Of a stretch of 64,000 bases of DNA, positions 24,561 to 39,220 are shown in pieces (position 1 is the first letter of the stretch; each line of letters opens with the position of its first letter). The DNA comes from Anaeramoeba ignava BMAN (lineage: Eukaryota > Protista > Anaeramoebae). Below the pieces are notes generated by a model. The model made no database searches and was not told the DNA's origin. It saw only the letters and a list, made by a program, of their open reading frames with translations. The position numbers and the translations under genes are program-made. Where the stretch lies: contig JAPDFW010000107.1 in the NCBI GenBank assembly GCA_028826165.1, forward strand, positions 62,001 through 126,000, given 5' to 3'.

Positions 24561-27500
24561 ATGACAGAATTACTTTCATATTTAAAAGAAGGAAAACTTA
24601 AAGAAATTCAAAATTATTTTAAAAAAAACCCAAAAGAAATTAATGAAGCAATTACATTAGAAGAAAATAAACAAAAAGAAGAAGATGAAATAGAACTTGA
24701 GAGTGATAATGAAAATAATAACAATAACAATAATAATGATAATAATGATAATCAAAATGATAATCAAATTCCAAATGTACTTGAAAGTGGTTTAAATCCA
24801 ATCCAAATTTGTTCACAACTTGGTCATGTTCATTTATTAAAACCATTGGTTGATTTGGGCGCAGATATAAATTCCAAAAGTGAATACGAACAAACTGCAT
24901 TGCATCTTGCAGCAAGAAACGGAAACACAAAATGCGTTACACAACTCCTGGATCTTAACGCTGAAATCTCACCAGTTAATGCATTTGGAGAGACCCCACT
25001 GCACATTTCTATTGCAAACAGTCACAAGGCAATTTCGCAGGAATTGATTCTGCGGAAGGCAGTTTTGGATCGTATGGATTCCAACGGAAAAACACCGCTA
25101 ACATTGGCAGCATCTTTGGGACAAGTTGATGTTGTTTCCAGGATTTTGGACTCTTTGGAAGACCCAGGAAGTGTAATCAATGAGGCTGATGGAAACGGAT
25201 GGAACAGTTTGCATTATGCAGTGTTTTACAAGCACATGAATTGTGTTGAAGAGCTTGTGAAAAGAGGAGCAGATGTTGGGGAAGAAACTGGGAACTTTTG
25301 CCAAGCAATGCATCTTGCTGCGCAACAAGGATGGAAAGAAGGACTGGGGTTTTTGATTAAGAACAAAGCAGATGTGAATGCTATTTCTGTAAATTCGCTT
25401 CTTTCTTTGGGAAAAGTGGGAGAAGATGAGAACTTTGAAAATCAAGAGGTGAAAAAACTCGCCAAAAAAAGTCTCAAAAACAAACAAACACTTGGAAGAG
25501 AGGAAGAATACGATCCTGAGTTCATATCGACTCCTCTTCACTTCGCATGCCGCTATGGTCAACACGAAGCTGCTGAGTTCCTCATTTCACAAGGCGCAAA
25601 TGTGGACCAAAGAAATAAATTTGGAGCCAAATCTATGCACATTGCTGCTAAATATGGGCATGTGGAGTGCATCTCTGTTCTTGTGCGAAATAACGCAAAT
25701 GTGGATGACCAGGACTTCCAGAACTACACTGCTATCTTTTATGCTGTTAGAGAAGGTCATCGCAATGTTGTTGAGAAGCTGATCTCTTTAGGCACTGATG
25801 CAAAGCATGTGGATGATGAGCAATGGAATCTCATCCATCTCGCAGCTTTCTTTGGTCATGCGCAGATTATAACGATGCTGATTGATTTGGGAGTTGATTC
25901 ACAAGCGCAAACCGCGCGAACTCAAACACCTTTGCACATTGCTGCGAATGAAAAAAATGAAGAGTGTGTTCAAGTTCTTGTTGAAGCGCTTAAAAAGCAA
26001 GATGATCAAGAAGATCCAAAAAAAGACCAAAAAAACCAGAAACATGGCATCGACACGACAACAAAAGCAGGATGGACAGCATTACATTTTGCAGCAAAAG
26101 CAGGGAGTTTATCGGTTGTCAAGTTCCTTGCCGAAAACGGAGCTGATATCCACCAAACAACATCATACCAATCCAATGCAGCTCATTTGGCAGCTCAAGA
26201 AGGACATGAAGAGGTTTTGGGATATTTAATTGACAAGGGATGCGATCCAAATGTGAAAAATCAAGGACAAGCCGTTGCACTTCATCTCGCAGTTGTGGGA
26301 AACATGCTGTCATGTGTGAGGATGCTTCTCGAAAGAGGAGCAGATGTAAATGCGCAAGACAAGAACGGAGACACTCCCTCTTCATCTTGCAGTTATGTAC
26401 GGCACGGTAGATTGCGCTTCATTGCTTCGAGGAGCTGGAGCAAACACAAAGCTCCAAAACATGAAAGGTTTGACACCTTTAGACGCAGCAAAGAAATTCC
26501 AAAAACTTGAGTTTGTCAGGATTGTTTCACCTCCAACTAATGAAAACGAAAAGGAAAAAAAAAAGGTTGTTATTGTCGAAGAAGTCGAAAGCACACAAAC
26601 AGGTGATACTCTTGTTGACGAAGTTTGGGGAAAGATCCACAGCTTCGATGAGACTATTCAGTTTGTCAAAAAATGCGCAGCAATCAAAAAGGATTCAATC
26701 GAATTATCTCAACTTCTTCTTTCTCTTGCTGATATTCTTGATAACAAGGCGAATCAGACAGCAGATCGTGCAGAGGATTATCATGTGGTCTATCTCAAGG
26801 TTCAGGAGCTTATGAACTACTCTTCACAAACACAATCCGTCGATAATACTATTTATCCAAATGAAAATGATGCAGACACTAATGACGAGAATATGGAAAC
26901 ACAAAAAATCGAAATGAACATGGATCTTGATCCCAAACGCTCTCTTCTTCACGTTCTTCTGAATTTTGGATTTGACATGACACTTTACCATTTTATCTCA
27001 ATTTTCAACCAAGAATGGAAAGGTATTGATCACAATGCAAAGCAACCGAAGGTTTTCTGGTTTGACCAAAACGCAGAAAATAAAGGAATCATAGAAACAG
27101 TTAAAAAGGTTTGTCCAAATGTATCTCTGCTAGGAAATTTGCCATCAGATCCGCAGGTTGTTGAAGACAACTACAAGAGTGATCTTGCAAACCAGGCACG
27201 TTCCATCTCAACACGAGTAATCTGCAACAACACATCTGCTCAGACCATCTTACCGCTTCTAAGAAGACAATGGGGATCAAATATTCCCGTTCTTATTTAT
27301 TGCAGACGCATTGAAGTTGCACACGAATTGATCAGGAAAAACGGTTTCCGTAACGTCTGGGTAACTTCTCTCGACCGTTTATGTCGACTCTTTGCAGCTT
27401 CCACTCAAAAACCTCCAACACCGCTTTCACTTACTGAATTCCGTGCAAGAGGGAAAGACAAGGCGTTAGAAATTGTCAAAATTCTCAAGAAATCCAAATT

Positions 27501-28191
27501 TTTGAAAAAATTCTCCATGGAAGAACGACTCTACACAGTTCTTAAAATGGCATATCCAGTTCCTTCCTCAGGCGGGCTATTTGCATGCACATATCTCTTC
27601 GATATTCTTCTTGAGCTCGAACTCAACTCCACAAGACTCATGTCAACTTATCCCATTGGCAAAATCGGAAACATCTCCAAGATCATCAAAGCTCTTGGCA
27701 TCGCTGTTCTCAATTACGCGATCGATTTCGATTTTGAAATGTTCCGGTTCCTTTTCCAGATCACTGCAGAGCGTGAGGCTAACCGCAAGATTCTTTGGAT
27801 TGATGTTGCTCAGAAAGAAAACAAAATGGTTGTTCGATCTTGCAAACATGTTTCCGTTAAAGTATTTTTCCCTCCAACTAAAAAAATCGATATCGGAGTC
27901 AAGAAAAATGTCAATGTTGTGGATCTTGATGCTGCAAAAGTTTTTGTCTCAAAGTTTCTCGATGAGAATCTTGGTGCTAATGTTTTCAATTGCAGAATTA
28001 TCACTAACTATTTCAATGCAAAAGAGATTCTTCCTTATATTCGCAACGTTTTGAAATGTGATTTGCCTTGTTTGATTTTCTGTTCCACTAAGAATATCAA
28101 AGAGGCAACAACCTTTGCTCAATCATTCCGTGGGACTTGGGCTTCAACTCATTTCAGGAACACAGTTAAATATGCGAAATTTGCTCTTTAA
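24561..28191 (+). CDS. Multi-ankyrin-repeat protein with duplicated C-terminal helical plus receiver-like alpha/beta module; one +1 frameshift at about 26376-26379
   Basis: Many G-x-TPLH/TALH repeats; GGA GAC ACT CCC T CTT CAT CTT gives GDTPLHLAV after removing one base; two similar C-terminal units. Confidence 0.85.
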
Positions 28192-28411
28192 TCAATTAAT
28201 CAATTTTTTAATTTTTTAATCAATTAATCTCTCTTTTTTTTTTAATTCAATTTAATCCAAAAATTTTTTTGCTTTTCAATTAATTTTTCTTTTCCAAAAT
28301 GATTAAAAATTCCAAAAAAAAAAAACTTTTCATTTTTTCATTTTCTTTTTCTTTATTAATTAATTAATTAATTAATTATTTGTTATTTATTAATTTTTAA
28401 TTTTTATAATA

Positions 28412-31400
28412 ATGTCTCAACATTTAGAAACACAAATTATTGAAGCAATAAAATTAAATATTATTTGGCAAGATCTTCCAAAAGAAATTAAACAATCTCT
28501 TAAAAAATCACAAAATTATTCTAATAAAATCCTCATTTATTCTTTACAAAATCAACTTTCTTGGAAAAATAATTTGGTTTCTCAAATTTATAAAAATGAA
28601 ACATTATATTATAAGAAACTTCTTGAAAATTCTCGTCAAAATTTAAAGGTTTTCTTTCTTTCTTTCTTTTTCTTTTAAAAATTATAAAAATTTTTATATT
28701 TTTATATTTTTTTTTAATTAGTTATATCCTCATCATTTAAATGATATTTCTATTGGATCTTTAATTTCAAATCCTTTTTCTTATTATAAATCAATGATTA
28801 TTGATGTTATGATTCAAGGTATTTTTAATAAAATTTTCTATAATAATTTTTATTTATAAATTAATAAAAAAAAATTTTTTTTTATTTATTATAGAAAAAC
28901 CTTATGATTCAATTCCTAATTTTACTGCAGCAGATTGTATAAAAAAAACTATCAAAATTTTTTAAATTATTTAATAAATTATTGAATTAATATTGAATTA
29001 ATATTAAATTAATATTAAATTATTTAATAAATTATTATTAAATTATTATTGAATTAATATCAAAATTTTTTAAATTATTTAATAAATATTGAATTAATAT
29101 TGAATTAATATTAAATTATTAAAATTAAATTATTATTTAAATTATTAAATTATTATTAAATTATTATTAAAATTAATTTATTAAATTATTATTAAATTAT
29201 TATTAAATTATTAATTAATATTAAATTATTATTATTAATATTAAATTATTTTTAATAAATTATTATTAAATTATTATTAAATTATTATTAAATTATTAAA
29301 TTTTTGAATTATTATTAATTTATTATTAAATTTTTGAATTATTCAGGTCTTAGAATTATTGGAATAGGAAGAAATCAATTTATTCAAATTTTAAATCAAT
29401 TTAGAGCTTTAAAAGGAAGTTCAAAAAAAAGAAAAAATATTCTTGTTAATGAATTACTTCCCACTAAACCATTAAAAATTAATTTAGAATTTTGGTGGTT
29501 AATTTCATCACGTCCTTTATTTAAAGAAGAATATATTGTAATTTAAATCAATTTTAATTCATAATTCAATTTTAATTCAAAATTCAAAAATTCTTTAGTC
29601 ACTTTCTCCTGAATTAAAAAATATTATTGATCAACTCAAAACATCAGGCAATCTTCCAATGGGAATATTTGATAAAGAACATATTCAAACTTTATATAAT
29701 TATGGATACATTTTTATTATTATTCCAATCGAAGACACAGATTTAATAACAAGTTAATTTTCTTATTAAAATAAAAGAAAATATTCTTATTTTCTTCCAT
29801 TTTATTTTATATTTAATTTCATTCATTTTTTTTATCAATTCAAATTATTTAGTTCCTCCTTTAAGTAATTTTGTTATGAATAGAAGTGCAAATGATAGTT
29901 TTGAAAAGCTTCTTTATAGATTATTTGTTGCTCATGATGAAAGATTAAATATTAAAGAATTATCAACTCTTCTTGGTGTTTCTATTGATGATGTTAAAGT
30001 GAAAATTAATTTACTCATTTTAAATTTATTTTTATTATTATTATTATTATCATTTCATTTCTTTTCATTTTATTAGAATGCAACATCTATTTATTGTCGA
30101 TTAGGTTTTGCAAAAAAAAAATTATCACAAAAAATGGTAAAATTTTATCTTCTTCTTTTTTGGAAAATTAATAATCCTTTAAATTTTATTTTCTCTTATA
30201 AAAATTATATTATTTAGATTGAAATTCAACAAAAAATTCATTCTTCTTGGAATGATATGTAATTTTGAAAAAGATTTAAATTAAATCATTTATTAATCCA
30301 AATTATTTGATTTTAAATTAATTTCAAAAGAGAGGAAAAAAATGAAATTAAAAATCAAAATCAAAATCAAAATCAAAATCAAAATCAAAATCAAAATAAT
30401 GAAAATAATGAAATTCAAAATGAAAATATTCCTAATAAAGAGATGCAAATGATTGAAGAACAAACAAAACCCAATGATTATATTAGAACTTGTTGTTATT
30501 TTGATTCCACACTTCCAGCTTTGCTTATGAGTAGTTTAAGCAAAGGGTAAAAAATTTTCAACAAAAATCCAAAAATTAAAAAATTAAAAAATTAAAAAAT
30601 TCTAAAAATCAAAAGCTTGAAAACAAGAGGAGTTACTCTGTTTGAAGTTGGTAAAATTACTGATGACCAAATTGATCCTTTTCTTGAAGAACTTTCAATT
30701 TTTGAAAACAATGATGAAAACAAACTCAATGCTTTTTATGAAAATTTAGTTTCTCTTAAAAGAACAATTGAATCTTTAAAGAAAAATTCTCAAATAAATT
30801 CACAAGACTCAAATTTTAAAGGGATTGATTTAGTTCAATCAGAAAGTATTGCAAATATTTCACCAGAAATACAATCAAAAATTTTAAAAAGAAGTTATAA
30901 AATTATGATTTGTTTAATTCCAACACAAGATCAAACAAAAATTCCATTTTCTTTTTCATTTCCTATTCGTTTTGGTTCTCCAATTCCTGAAGTAAAGCAA
31001 AAACAAAACAAATCAAATCAAATCAAAACAAAACAAAACAAAACAAATCAAATCAAATCAAATCAAATCAAATCAAATCAAACAAAACAAATCAAATCAA
31101 AACAAATCAAATCAAATAAAATCAAATAAAATCAAATCAAATCAAATCAAATCAAATCAAAACAAAACAAATCAAATCAAATCAAATCAAAACAAAACAA
31201 AAAAAAACAAAACAAATCAAATCAAATCAAAACAAAACAAATCAAAACAAATCAAATCAAATCAAAACAAAACAAATCAAAACAAATCAAATCAAATCAA
31301 ATCAAAATCAAATCAAATCAAAATCAAATCAAATCAAAACAAAACAAAACAAAACAAAACAAAACAAAACAAATCAAATCAAAACAAAACAAATCAAATC

Positions 31401-32393
31401 AAAACAAATCAAATCAAATCAAAACAAATCAAATCAAATCAAAATAAAACAAATCAAAACAAATCAAATCAAATCAAATTAAATCAAATCAAATCAAATC
31501 AAATTTTTAATTTGTAAAATAATTTAATTCAAAAAAAAATATTTTAGATGAATTCTCCTTTATTTAATTTATTTTTATATCAATCTATATCTTATGGTCC
31601 TACTTCAATTTTATTTCCCAAAGGAATTAGAATTTATAAAACTCCAAAAATATTAAAAGTAAATTCAATTTAAAATTAAAAATCAAAATTAAAAATTAAA
31701 ATTTAAAAATATTAATATATCTTGAAGGGATTCGCAAAAATTATAATGAAACAAATTGATCGAGAACCTACTATATTTGAAGATACAAGTATACTTCCTT
31801 ATATAAATGAAAACCTTTTAGAATCATACATGCTTTTAACAGGAATTGGAAAAAACAAGAAAAAACCAAAAGAATTATTAGTTCCATTTCCTATTGAAGA
31901 GCAAATAGATGAAAATGAAACTAAATTAAAAGAAAGTGAATATAATGAAAAAAATATCCATCTTCATCCATTAGCTCAAAAAGTACAAAAAAAACTACTT
32001 CTTTCTAAAAGTATTGGATTTATTCGTATGTTATATTGGTACTCAGAAAGTCCAGATGAAAACAATGAATATTTCAAATGGATTCCTTTTGAAATCAAAT
32101 TTGGAATTCCTTTATTTAATTCTGAACTAAATCAACAAATTGTTTCAAAAATACAGAATCTAAATCTATTTACTGATGAAAATATTCGACTTAATCTTGA
32201 AAATATGCGTAAATTATCTCTTCAATTTCTCTCATTTATTTCTAAATTTTGTCAAATGGAATGGGGACTTGGAACAGATCCAACTCAACAAACTTCATTA
32301 CTTCGCAAAGCTTATATTAAAAAGAGTGTATTTTTACCTCGAAAAATTGCGATATTTAATGATAATCAGTTCGAAATGGTTGATACAATTTAA
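28412..32393 (+). CDS. FAM91A1: FAM91A1 homolog, about 12 exons
   Basis: Spliced product contains [82 protein letters not shown]..AG introns traced in frame. Confidence 0.92.
28960..29335. repeat. (TTATTATTAAA)-type intronic repeat
   Basis: Inside FAM91A1 intron 28937-29346. Confidence 0.85.
30995..31505. repeat. (CAAAT/CAAAA)n pentamer intronic repeat
   Basis: Inside FAM91A1 intron 30991-31547. Confidence 0.9.
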
Positions 32394-32404
32394 AGATTGA
32401 AATT

Positions 32405-33985
32405 AATTCTAAATCAATTCTAAATCAATTTTAAATTCAATTTTAAATTCAATTCTAAATCAATTCTTAAATCAATTTTATATTCAATTTTAAATTCAAT
32501 TTTAAATTCAATTTTAAATTCAATTTTAAATTCAATTCTAAATTCAATTTTAAATTCAATTTTATATTCAATTTTATATTCAATTTTATATTCAATTTTA
32601 TATTCAATTTTATATTCAATTTTATATTCAATTTTAAATTCAATTTTATATTCAATTTTATATTCAATTTTAAATTCAATTTTATATTCAATTTTATATT
32701 CAATTTTATATTCAATTTTAAATTCAATTTTATATTCAATTTTAAATTCAATTTTAAATTCAATTTTATATTCAATTTTATATTCAATTTTATATTCAAT
32801 TTTATATTCAATTTTATATTCAATTTTATATTCAATTTTATATTCAATTTTAAATTCAATTTTATATTCAATTTTATATCGATTTTAAATTCAATTTTAT
32901 ATTCAATTTTATTCAATTTTAAATTCAATTTTATATTCAATTTTATATTCAATTTTATATTCAATTTTATATTCAATTTTTATATTCAATTTTATATTCA
33001 ATTTTATAATCAATTTTATATTCAATTTTATAATCAATTTTAAATTCAATTTTATATTCAATTTTATATTCAATTTTAAATTCAATTTTATATTTAATTT
33101 TATATTCAATTTTAAAATCAATTTTATATTCAATTTTATATTCAATTTTATATTCAATTTTGCAGTTCAATTTTTATATTCAATTTTTATATTCAATTCA
33201 ATTTTATATTCAATTTTATATTCAATTTTATTCAATTTTAAATTCAATTTTTAAATTCAATTTTATATTCAATTTTTATTCAATTTTATATTCAATTTTA
33301 ATTCAATTTTATATTCAATTTTATATTCAATTTTATATTCAATTTTAAATTCAATTTTTATTCAATTTTATAATCAATTTTATATTCAATTTTAAATTCA
33401 ATTTTAAATTCAATTTTATATTCAATTTTATATTCAATTTTATATTCAATTTTTATATTCAATTTTTAAATTCAATTTTAAATTCAATTTTAAAATTTTA
33501 TATTCAATTTTATATTCAATTTTTATATTCAATTTTATATTCAATTTTATGGTATTTAATTTATATTCAATTTTAAATTCAATTTTATATTCAATTTTAT
33601 ATTCAATTTTAAATTCAATTTTAAATTCAATTTTATATTCAATTTTAAATTCAATTTTATATTCAATTTTAAATTCAATTTTTATATTCAATTCAATTCT
33701 AAATTCAATTTTAAATTCAATTTTAAATTCAATTTTAAATCAATTTTAATTCAATTTTAAATTCAATTTTAAATTCAATTTTATATTCAATTTTTAAAAT
33801 TTATTCAATTTTAAATTCAATTTTAAAATTCAATTTTAAATTCAATTTATTCAATTTTAAATTCAATTTTATATTCAATTTTATATTTAATTTTAAATTT
33901 AATTTTATATTCAATTTTATATTCAATTTTATATTCAATTTTAAATTCAATTTTATATTCAATTTTATATTCAATTTTAAATTCA
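32405..33985. repeat. 12-mer tandem repeat (ATTCAATTTTAW)n, intergenic
   Basis: Direct inspection; source of spurious IKLN/IEYK ORFs. Confidence 0.92.
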
Positions 33986-34128
33986 AAATAAACGTAAATT
34001 TTTGCTTTTAAAAGAAAAAAGCAAATTTTAATAAAAGAAAAAAAAACAAAAAAAATTTTTTCATTTTTATTTTTCATTTTTTTCCTTTTTTCATTTTTTA
34101 AAAATACAAAAAAAAAAGTTAAAATAAA

Positions 34129-37100
34129 ATGACAAATTTATCTTTAGAAGAAGAATTAAAAAGAATTGAAGAAGAATTTCGACGAGAAATGGAAAAAATT
34201 AACCAAGAATATGAACAAGATCGATCTTTAGAACAAAATGAATTAGAAGAAAAATATAAAGATGGAGTAAAACCAATACAATTTACATCAAGTTTAAAAA
34301 AAGAAAATGAAATAAAAAAAGAAATTGATTTAAAAGAAAATAAAAAAAAAAAGAAATTGATTTAAAATTGATTTAAAAAAAGAAAATGAAATAAAAAGAA
34401 ATTGAATTAAAAAAATTGATTTAAAAAAAATTGATTTAAAAAAAATTGATTCAAAAAGAAAAAATTAAAAAAAAATTGAATTAAAAAGAAATTGAAAAAA
34501 AAAGAAATTGAATTAAAAAGAAATAAAAAAAAAAATTAAAAAGAAATTGAATTAAAAAGAAATTGAATTAAAAAAGAAATTGAATTAAAAAAAGAAATTG
34601 ATTCAAAAAAAGAAATTGATTCAAAAAAAGAAATTGAAATAAAAAAAGAAATTGAATTAAAAAAAGAAATTGAATTCAAAAAAGAAATTGAATTAAAAAA
34701 AGAAATTGAATTAAAAAAAGAAATTGATTCAAAAAAAGAAATTGAATTAAAAAAAGAAATTGAATTAAAAAAACAACCTAGAAAAGAAATTTTACTTGAT
34801 ATCCCAAATGAAATTAATGATCTTAATACACTTTTGAAATTTGATATTGCTATTATTCATTTTGAACAGTTTTTGATTGAAAAATTTACTCCAAATGATT
34901 TGCATTTTGTAATTGCAGTTCAAAAATATAAAGCAATTTCAAAAATTCAAGAAAGAGAAAATTATGCAAAATTAATGTTAGAAAAAGTATATTTCAAATT
35001 AAAAAATATTTTTTTGTTTTTTTTTTGATAAATTTAGAAATATTTTTATTATTTTATAAATTTAATATAAATAGTATTTCAACAAACAAACAAAATTTCC
35101 AATTCATTGCAAAGAAGAAACAATTGAAAAAATGTTCAACAAATTAGATAAAGAAGAACTTGATGAGAATATTTTTAATGAAGTTGATGAAGAAGTGCGA
35201 AAATATCTGAAAGATGAACCTTTTGATCAATTTTGTGAATCAAAACAAATGAAACTTTTAATAAAAGATTGGCCTAAGATACAAAAAAAAGAAGCGGTTT
35301 CTGGACCAGAAACACAAAGAAAAGCAATTTTCACTAGTTTTTATTCTGAAGAAAACGAATATATATCAAAACTTAACAAATTTACAAAGGACACTGTTGT
35401 AATCATTTCCAATTTAATTGGCGACGATTTAAAGAAGGAAACATTTGTTCGAATTTTTTCGAACTTTGAGAATATTTGCATTGAGGCTATAAAATGGAAG
35501 GTTAATTTGGATGACATCAAAGCCTCATGGAGTTTGAAAACAAAACTTGGAGATTTTTTGGCTTCAAAACTAAATGAAATGAATAGTTTGTATATTGAAT
35601 ATATCAGCAATTTCCAAGGGTGTATTGGTTTTATTAATTTTGTTGTTTCCTCTTTAAAACCTGAGTGTGTGTATTTGAAGAAAAAAATTGGAAAGAAAAA
35701 ATTAACAAATTTAGGAACAACACTCAAATTGCCGGTGATTCAATTCAAAGAATATCAAAAATTCATTCGGGATATAGCGCAAAGCACATGGGAATTTTAT
35801 GATGATTATGTTCAGATTCAAAATCTTTTGGAAATTTCAGATTCGCTTCAAGAACAAATCAACACAATCCAAAAAATCCCAGTCAAATTGGATTCAGCTT
35901 CATTTCAAGTTTTCCAGCAGCTCAAGTTTTCAAGAATGGAGCAAGGAGAAGTGTCTGAATCTTCCCAAGACATGATAAAGGGGGAGGTTGTTTATATTTT
36001 TTCTTTTGAAGATTGCATTGTGTTGGCGTTTGAGAACAAAGATGTGTTTGACATCAACACAATTGATCGTTCTCTTGTCATGCAACAAGGATATAAACCA
36101 GAGGTTTGTTTCAACTATTTAGTTCCAAAAGAGGCTGTGTGGATTCATGATAGTTCAGAGGATGATGAAACAACAAGTCATATGCTAGAAATGATAACTC
36201 CAGAAAAATCACTTGTTGTTTTTCTCAATCAAAAATCACAATTGAAACAAGATTTGCATAATTTTCTCATGAAATTATTTGGAGAAACTCGCACAAGCTA
36301 TTTGGGCTTTGATAAGAGATTCCTCAAATTCCATCACAGCAACCAAGCCACTTATATCGGCAACTTTGTGAATGGAAAACTTGAAGGAAAAGGAAAAATT
36401 ATTTATCCAAATCAATCTGTTTTTGAAGGTCAATTTGAAGCAGGAAAAAAACAAGGATCCGGAAAGCTTACCTTTCCTTCTGGAGACATCTTATCAACTA
36501 CTTACTCTTATGATAAAGCAAACGGTCCTTTTACTTATGCTTATCAAAATGGTGATTTTTATTATGGGTTGTTTCGTTTGGATTCAAGTGATGGTTATGG
36601 TGAAATTTTTTATGCTTCTGGCGGTTATTATAAAGGAGATTTTGTTAAAAATCAATTTAACGGAAAAGGTGAACAAGTTGATGCAAATGGAAATAGGTAT
36701 ATTGGGTTTTTTAAAGATGGTCTTCGTTATGGGATTGGTACATTTGAGTTATTTGATGGATCAATTTATATTGGGTCATGGAAAAATGGAGAAAAGGAAG
36801 GTTTTGGTGAACAATTTTTTTGCAACGGAGATTATTTTTGTGGAGATTGGGCCAATAATTTAGTACACAATATATTTAAACATAAAAATATTTAATTTAA
36901 AATTTGAAAATTTAAAATTTAAAATTTAAAATTTATAAAACAAGCCAAATGGAAATGGACAGTTTCAAACAAAAAATTCAAATTATATTGGTGGATGGAA
37001 ATTTGGATTAAGAAATGGAAAAGGAAAAATGTTATATTCAGATCATCAAACTTATGAAGGTGAATGGGAAAATGATTTACGTTCAGGAAGTGGAACTTTT

Positions 37101-38753
37101 ATCAATAAAAATATTAAATATTATGGTGAATGGAAAAATAATCTTCCAAATGGAAAAGGAAATTTAACAATATCAAATAAGGATATTACAAATAATGAAA
37201 TTCAAGATCGAAAGAATTTACATACAAAATATATTGGGAATTTCAAAGATGGGAAACCACATGATGAAAATATGCATGAAGATATTGTTAATAGATATTC
37301 ATTTGATGGAAGTATAAAATTTGGAGAAGTAATTTAATATTTTTATAATATTTTTATAATATTTTTATAATATTTAATATAATATTTTTTATAATATTTA
37401 TTATAATATTTTTTATAATATTTATTATAATATTTAATATAATATTTAATATAATATTTTTTATAATATTTTTATAATATAATAATATTTATTATAATAT
37501 TTATTATAATATTTATTTAATATTTAATTTAATATTTTTATAATATTTTTATAATATTTATTTTAATATTTTTATAATATTTAATATAATATTTAATTTA
37601 ATATTTATTATAATATTTAATTTAATATTTATTATAATATTTAATTTAATATTTAATTTAATATTTAATATAATATTTAATATAATATTTAATTTAATAT
37701 TTTTATAATATTTTTATAATATTTAATATAATATTTAATATAATATTTTTTATAATATTTATTATAATATTTAATATATAATATTTTAATTTAATATTTA
37801 ATAATATATTTAATATATAATATTTAATATAATATTTAATATAATATTTATAATATTTAATTAATATTTTAATATTTTAATATAATATATAATATTTAAT
37901 ATAATATTTAATATTTAATTTAATATTTTAATAAATATTTTAATATAATATTTATTATAATATTTTTAATTTTTTTATAATATTTTTTTAATATTTAATA
38001 TAATATTTAATATAATATTTAATATAATATTTAATATAATATTTAATAAATTTATTTTAATATTTAATATAATATTTAATTTAATATTTAATTTAATATT
38101 TAATATTTAATATAATATTTAATATATTATAATATTTATTTCATATTTAATATAAATATTTATTATAATATTTATTTATTATAATATTTTTATAATATTT
38201 TTATAATATTTTATAAACTTTTTAATATTTTTTTAATATTTTTATAATATTTTATAATATTTAATATAATATTTAATATAATATTTAATATAATATTTAT
38301 TATAATATTTAATTTAATATTTTTTATAATATTTTTTATAATATTTTTTATAATATTTAATATAATATTTAATTTAATATTTTTTATAATATTTAATATA
38401 ATATTTATTATAATATTTAATATAATATTTATTATAATATTTATTTAATATTTATTTAATATTTTTTATAATAGAAAAATGGAAAAGGAAAAATGAACTT
38501 GAAAAATGAAGTTCACTTTTCTGGAAATTGGAAAAATGGAAAATTTGAAATCAATGAAGAAAATTTTAGAACTCATTTTCTTAAAAAACCAACTCAAGAT
38601 ATAACATCAATATATGAAGATGAAAATACAAAAAGTGATGAAGAAATGATGATTCATTTATCAAATGAAGTTAATCCAATTAGTTTAATTAATGAAAATC
38701 CAGATTTTTGGTTAATTCCACCTGATGAAAATTTCATTTATGAATGGAAGTGA
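34129..38753 (+). CDS. RGS + DH (RhoGEF) + PH + MORN-repeat protein (alsin-like core, no VPS9 domain seen); introns 34987-35074, 36863-36944, 37329-38474
   Basis: RGS: HFEQFLIEKF...LHFVIAVQKY...IFNEVDEEVRKYLKDEPFDQF; DH: RKAIFTSFYSEENEY...IFSNFENI; MORN: YxGxF/W...GxG repeats. The N-terminal EIELKK repeat has frame breaks in A-runs. Confidence 0.82.
34300..34775 (+). repeat. 18-bp coding minisatellite (GAAATTGAATTAAAAAAA, EIELKK)
   Basis: Clean in-frame units at about 34570-34775; degenerate A-run lengths at 34340-34570; no GT donor, so not an intron. Confidence 0.8.
37335..38470. repeat. Almost pure A/T (TAATATT/ATAATATTT)n repeat filling a 1146-nt intron
   Basis: Direct inspection. Confidence 0.9.
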
Positions 38754-38819
38754 AAAAGGATTGGTTTTTAAATTTAATTTTGGAATTTCGGAATTGATTT
38801 TTAAATTTAACTTTGAATT

Positions 38820-39185
38820 TTGTAATTGATTTTGGAATTGATTTTGAAATTGATTTTTAAATTGATTTTGATTTTGAAATTGGTTTTGAAATTGATTTGG
38901 AAATTGATTTTGAAATTGATTTTGAAATTGATTTTGAAATTGATTTTGAAATTTAATTTTAATTTTGAAATTGATTTTGATTTTGATTTTGAAATTGATT
39001 TTAATTTTGATTTTGATTTTGAATTTGAAATTGATTTTGAAATTGATTTTGAAATTGATTTTGATTTTGAAATTGATTTGGAAATTGATTTGGAAATTGA
39101 TTTGGAAATTGATTTTGAAATTGATTTTGAAATTGAAATTGATTTTAATTTTGGTTTTGAAATTGATTTGGAAATTGATTTTTAA
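38820..39185. repeat. 12-mer (GAAATTGATTTT)n intergenic repeat
   Basis: Direct inspection. Confidence 0.88.
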
Positions 39186-39220
39186 ATTTCAAAAAAAAAA
39201 TTTTTTTTAAATAAAAATTC

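Noticed and set aside
32467-34077. IKLN/IEYK repeat ORFs
   Set aside because: Stop-free frames of a 12-mer intergenic repeat; the same applies to ORFs at 11867, 38826, 38965, 50201, 50446 and 51170
34340-34570. Possible intron or programmed frameshift in the EIELKK region
   Set aside because: No GT donor; breaks coincide with variable A-run lengths in a minisatellite, typical of homopolymer errors
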